A DNA stretch of 64,000 bases from Mustelus asterias (taxonomy: Eukaryota), in contig NW_027590151.1 in the NCBI RefSeq assembly GCF_964213995.1, forward strand, positions 620,001 to 684,000. The letters run 5' to 3'. The notes below the pieces were generated by a model. The model was not told where the DNA came from, made no database searches, and saw only the letters and a list, made by a program, of their open reading frames with translations. Positions 59,042 through 64,000 of this stretch are shown here, in pieces (positions within the stretch are counted from its first letter, which is position 1; each line of letters opens with the position of its first letter). The translations under genes and the position numbers were made by a program.

Positions 59042-61710
59042 TTCAATTGAACAGCTTGGTGGGCTGAATTTCTAACTATTTCTTATGATCTGTCAGGAAC
59101 ATGAAATGGTGAGTGTCGATCAGCATTAATTAGCACCTTCAGGAGAATTGGGTAGTTTATATTATAGAACTCATAGAGACCCTACAGTGCAGAAGGAGGC
59201 CATTCGGCCCATCGAGTCTGCACCGACCACAATCCCACCCAGGCCCTACCCCCACATATTTACCCGCTAATCCACGCATCTCAGAACTCTAAGGGGCAAT
59301 TTTTAACCTGGCCAATCAACCTAACCCGCACATCTTTGGACTGTGGGAGGAAACCGGAGCACCCGGAGGAAACCCACGCAGACACGAGGAGAATGTGCAA
59401 ACTCCACACAGGCAGTGACCCAAGCCGGGAATCGAACCCAGGTCCCTGGAGCTGTGAAGCAGCAGTGCTAACCACTGTGCTACTGTGCCGCCCCTAAAGT
59501 TTAAAGTTTATTTATTAGTCACAAGTAAGGCTTATATTAACACTGCAATTTCTCTTAAAGACATTGACATCCTTTGCTCCCCCAGCTTGACACATTGATT
59601 TCTGGCTAAAAAGTCCCTTTCCTAATGTTCACAATTAAAGGGCTGGTTTCCTGAGGAGATGGCTGACATTTAAAAGAACAATAAATTAATATAGGACAGA
59701 GATATGCTTAGTGTTGTTATATTGTAGATTTGATATATTATTTATGGTTCTGTAACAAAGTACATTTATTATTATTTCTCGTTTTGTAATCTAACACTGA
59801 AGCTATGTTATATATTTTCATTCATCGAGTCATTACAGTGCAGGAGGAGTCCATTCAGTAACTCGAATCCATGCTGACTCTCTGTAGAACAATCCAGTCA
59901 GTCCCATTCCCTTTCTATATTCCCTTTCCCCTGCAACTTTATTTCCTTCATGCGCCCATCTAATTTCTGAAATATATTAAAGGGGACAGTAAACTAATAT
60001 CGGACAGAGACGTGTCTGATGTTTTTTTAATTCATCCTTGGGACACGGGCATTGCCGGCTGGGCCAGCATTTATTGCCCATCCCTAATTCCCCTTGAACT
60101 GAATGGCTCGCTCGGCCATTTCGGAGGATGGTTGAGAGTCAACCACATTGCTGTGGCTCTGGAGTCACATGTAGGCCAGACTGGGTAAGGACGGCAGATT
60201 TCCTTCCCTAAAGCACATTAATGAACCAGATGGGTTTTTTGGTCAATCGACAATTGTTTCATGGTCATCAGTAGATTCTTAGTTCTAGATTTTGTTTTTA
60301 AATTCAAGTTCCACCATCTGCCGTGGCAGGATTCGAACCTGGGTCCCCAGAACATCAGCTAAATTTCTGGATTAATAGTCTAGCGATAATACCACGAGGC
60401 TATCAGCTCCCCTGTTATATGGTACAGATTAGATATATTATTTATAGCTCTGTAATAAAATACACTTATTATATCTGGCTGTGTAATTTTGGACTACAGC
60501 TGTATTATATATTTCCAACAATCTCTTCCCTCAGAGAATTGTTAGTATCAAGATTTCTCTTCCATAGGGACCAGTGGAGGGATTGAATATATTCAAGGAT
60601 GAGTTAGACAGTGTTTGAATGACAAGGGAGTCAATAATTATTGGGAACAGGCTGGAAAATGGAGAGAAAGCTCAGGTGAGGAAGGATTTCTTCACTCAAG
60701 GATGTGGTGATGTTTTGGATTCTCTACCACAGAGGACTATAGAGCCTCAGTCATCAAAAATTTTCAAGAGAGGGATTGATAGGTTTCTAGATATTGAAGA
60801 TATCGATGGATGTGGGGGACAGTGTGGGGAAAATAATGCAGAGGTAGATCAACCAATAATCTGAATGAATGGTTGAGCAGACTCGATGGGCCGAATGCTG
60901 ACTGCAGCTCCTATTTGTTCTGATTTCTGTGCTGGACAGGAAGCAGTGAGCATGGATCTGTCAATCAGCCTCAATCAGCACCTTCAGGAGAATTGGGAGG
61001 GTGAATATTAGATACAGCAGAGTGAGAATGGAGGGAGAGTGTGTGGGATGGAGGTTCACAGCTTTTGGGGAATGGGAGAGGAAAGAATGTTCATTAGAAT
61101 CATAGAATTGCTGCATCTTATCAACCGTCCCTGAGCTTTCACAATGAATCCCACTTCTGAGGACACCCTTATCTCTGACTTGTCCGTACTGCTGGCAGTC
61201 TCACAAAGCAGCTGCCTGTGTGCTGATACGGGAGGCCCTGCTCGGCTAGTTTAATGCTTCATGACTGTGTCTCTAATGAATGCTCCATAGAAACTAGAAA
61301 TGTAGATTTAAATTTGGATCGTATTCTGAATTGCGATGTTTTTTCTAAATTGGCTTACAGGATATTAGACAAGGAGAAATCAGACAGAAATCTCCAACAT
61401 CACATCGAGATCTGACAGAGTGACTCGACTTCTTGGGACCTGAATATCATCGGCCTTTGAATCTAGCAGGAGAAATGTTTGTTTGGCCTCTTGGCTTCAA
61501 AGGATTGTAAACATCGCTGTGACTAGAAATGCAGTGAGATACACACACCCGAGTGAGAGTGTTCCAGTGCACTGAGTGTGGAAAGAGCTTTAACCAGTTA
61601 CACAGCCTGAAAATACATTGCAGCATTCACAGCGGGGAGAGACTGTACCCGTGTTCTGTGTGAGATTTAACTGATTGTTTAACCTGGAGAGTCACAAGGA
61701 CACCCGCACC

Positions 61711-62568
61711 ATGGAGAAACCATGGAAATGTGGGGACTGTGGAAAGGGATTCAGATACCCATCTGCACTGGAAATTCATCAACGCAGTCACACTGGGGAG
61801 AGACCATTCACCTGCTCTGTGTGTGGGAAGGGATTCAGTCAGTTATCCAGCCTGCAGACACACAATCTCGCTCACACCAATGAGAGACCGTTTAAATGCT
61901 CTGACTGTGGGAGCGGATTCAAAAGCTCTCAGGTACTGATGATGCACCAGCGCATTCACACTGAGGAGAGACCGTTCAGCTGCTCTCACTGCTCAAAGAG
62001 GTTTAGAACATCATACAACCTGCGGAAACACCAGCGAGTTCACACCGGGGAGAGACCATTCATCTGCTCTGTGTGTGGGAAGGGATTCATTCAGTCATCC
62101 AGCCTGCGGGAACACAATCTCACTCATACCAATGAGAGACCCTTTAAGTGCTGTGACTGTGGAAGTGGTTTTAAAAGCTCTCAGGATCTGGTGTCCCACC
62201 AGCGCATTCACACTGAGGAGAGACCGTTCAGCTGCTCTCACTGCACAAAGTGGTTTAGAAAAGCATACAACCTGCGGATACACCAGCGAGTTCACAACGG
62301 GGAGAAACCGTTCACCTGCTCCAATTGTGGGAAAGGATTCAATCAGTCTTCCAACTTGCTGAAACACCAGCGAGTTCACACTGGGGAGAGACTGTTCACC
62401 TGTTCCAATTGTGGGAAGGGATTCACTCAGTCATCCCATCTGCTGACGCACCAGCGCGTTCACACTGGGGAGAGGCCGTTCACCTGCTCTGTGTGTGGGA
62501 AGAGATTCACTCATTCATCGAACCTGCGCAGGCACAATCTCACTCACACCAAAGAGAGACCGTTTTAA
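61711..62568 (+). CDS. C2H2 zinc-finger protein ZNF-4, 10 fingers, 285 aa, followed by about 7 decayed fingers to 63126
   Basis: GCACCATGG start giving MEKPWKC. The stop arises from an extra T (CCGTTTTAAATG), and the downstream fingers carry stops and frameshifts. Acceptor at 61359-61360. Confidence 0.85.
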   Translation: MEKPWKCGDCGKGFRYPSALEIHQRSHTGERPFTCSVCGKGFSQLSSLQTHNLAHTNERPFKCSDCGSGFKSSQVLMMHQRIHTEERPFSCSHCSKRFRTSYNLRKHQRVHTGERPFICSVCGKGFIQSSSLREHNLTHTNERPFKCCDCGSGFKSSQDLVSHQRIHTEERPFSCSHCTKWFRKAYNLRIHQRVHNGEKPFTCSNCGKGFNQSSNLLKHQRVHTGERLFTCSNCGKGFTQSSHLLTHQRVHTGERPFTCSVCGKRFTHSSNLRRHNLTHTKERPF

Positions 62569-63129
62569 ATGTTCTGTGGGAGCGGATTCAAAAGCTCTGG
62601 AGAACTGGTGTCCCACCAGCGAGTTCACACTGGGGAGAGACCGTTCACCTGCTCTGTGTGTGGGAAAGGATTCACTCAGTCATCCAGCCTGCAGAAACAC
62701 AAAGGCACTCACTCCAAGGAGACTCCCTTTAAATGCTCTGCCTGAGAGGCCGGCTTCAGAAGCTCTCAGGAACTGATGATCCCCGAGCACATTCACACCG
62801 GGGAGAGGCCGTTCAGCTGCTCTCACTGTTCAAGGAGGTTTAGAATATCATCAACACTGCTGAAACACCAGTGAGTTCACACCGGGGAGAAACCATTCAC
62901 CTGCTCGGTGTGTGCGAAAGGATTTACTCGGTTATCCAGCCTGCCCAGACACAACATCATCACACCCAGGAGAGACCCTTTAAATGTGGGCGTGGCTTCA
63001 AAAGCTCTCGGGAACGAATGTCCCACCAGTGAGTTCACACCAGGCAGAGGCTGGTCACCTGCTCTGACTGGGAAGGGATTCACTCAGTCAGCAAACTTGG
63101 TGAAACACCAGTGAGTTCACAAGTGATGA

Positions 63130-64000
63130 CAGTTCTGGGATTATTCTTGTGAATCTTTCTTGCCCCTTCTCCAGTGTCTCTATTTCCTTTTTCTAAATGG
63201 AGATCACAAATAGAACGTAGAACAGCATAGCACAGGAACAGACCCTTCAGCCCACCATGTTGTGTCGAACATGATGCCAAATTAAACTATTTCTTTCTGC
63301 CTGCCCTTAGTCCATATTCCTCTATTCCTTGCATATTCATGTGCTTATTTAAAACCCCCTTAATCGCCCCTATCGTATCTGCCTCCACCACCACTCCTAG
63401 CAGCGTGTTCCAGACACTTACCACTCTCTGTAAAAAAAACTTGCCCCTCACATCTCCTTTGAACTTTCTTGAATCCCAAGATCCCTCTGTACATTAACTG
63501 GATACTTATCCTTAATATTTGATCTTCCAAAGTGCAGCACCTCTCACTTGTCTGGATTAAAATCCATCTGCCATTTCTCCGCTCTATCTGCAGCTGATCT
63601 ACATCCCACTGTATCCTTTGACAACCTTCTACACTATCTACAACTCCATCTAGTTTTGTGTCGTCTGCAAGCTTACTAACCCACCCATCCACGTTTTCAT
63701 CCAAGTCATTGATATATATCACAAACAGCGCAGGTCCCAGTACAGATCCCTGCAGAACACCACTAGTCACGGACCTCTAGCCAGAAAAACACCCTCCATC
63801 ACTACTCTCTGACTTCTATGGGCAAGTCAATTCTGAATCCAAGCGGCCAAGTCACCGTGAATCCCATGCATCTTAATCTTCTGGATGAGCCGACCATGAG
63901 GGACCTTGTCGAAAGCCTCACTAAAATCCATGTTCACAACATCCACTGCTCTACCCTCATCGATCACCTTCATCACCTCCTCGATAAAATCGATCAAGTC
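63130..64000 (-). mobile_element. CR1 LINE fragment running off the window
   Basis: GVLQGSVLGP...LADDTK; 3' UTR at about 63210-63350. Confidence 0.88.

Noticed and set aside
1-64000. TCR D, J or C segments, or IgH/NAR-type V segments
   Set aside because: I found no 12-RSS followed by an FGxG motif, no C1-set exon, and all V exons look TCR alpha/delta-like.

Overview
Eukaryotic genomic DNA from a cartilaginous fish, almost certainly a shark. This is inferred from HE1/V-SINEs, DeuSINEs, shark-type CR1 LINEs, a GPR139-like receptor and MEKPWKC-type zinc-finger genes. The left part (1-27 kb) is a T-cell-receptor alpha/delta V-segment cluster with six V genes or gene parts in mixed orientation. 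One is fully intact (25722-26240, minus strand, consensus 23-RSS), four look defective, and one is only a leader exon whose V exon lies outside the window. They are interleaved with a two-exon GPR139-like GPCR, decayed tRNA genes (Leu, Glu, Thr, two Gln-type), degenerate U2 snRNA-like pieces and a zinc-finger gene relic. The right part (29-64 kb) is a C2H2 zinc-finger cluster: three open arrays of 10, 11 and 10 fingers plus one pseudogene, built by inverted segmental duplication, with NRF1/YY1 CpG-rich promoters. I found no D, J or C segments. Much of the window is CR1 LINE, SINE and Penelope-like sequence, and several Penelope-type repeats carry minimal hammerhead ribozyme motifs. The most notable observations are: (i) the ZNF genes have no effector domain and start at a Met inside a TGEKP-type linker, behind a shared stop; (ii) a 113-nt block is identical in three ZNF 5' regions; (iii) CTCF-like motifs lie just downstream of two V RSSs; (iv) there are two CRE (TGACGTCA) tandem arrays; (v) the intact V has a strongly shortened CDR2. 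Repeat boundaries are approximate.
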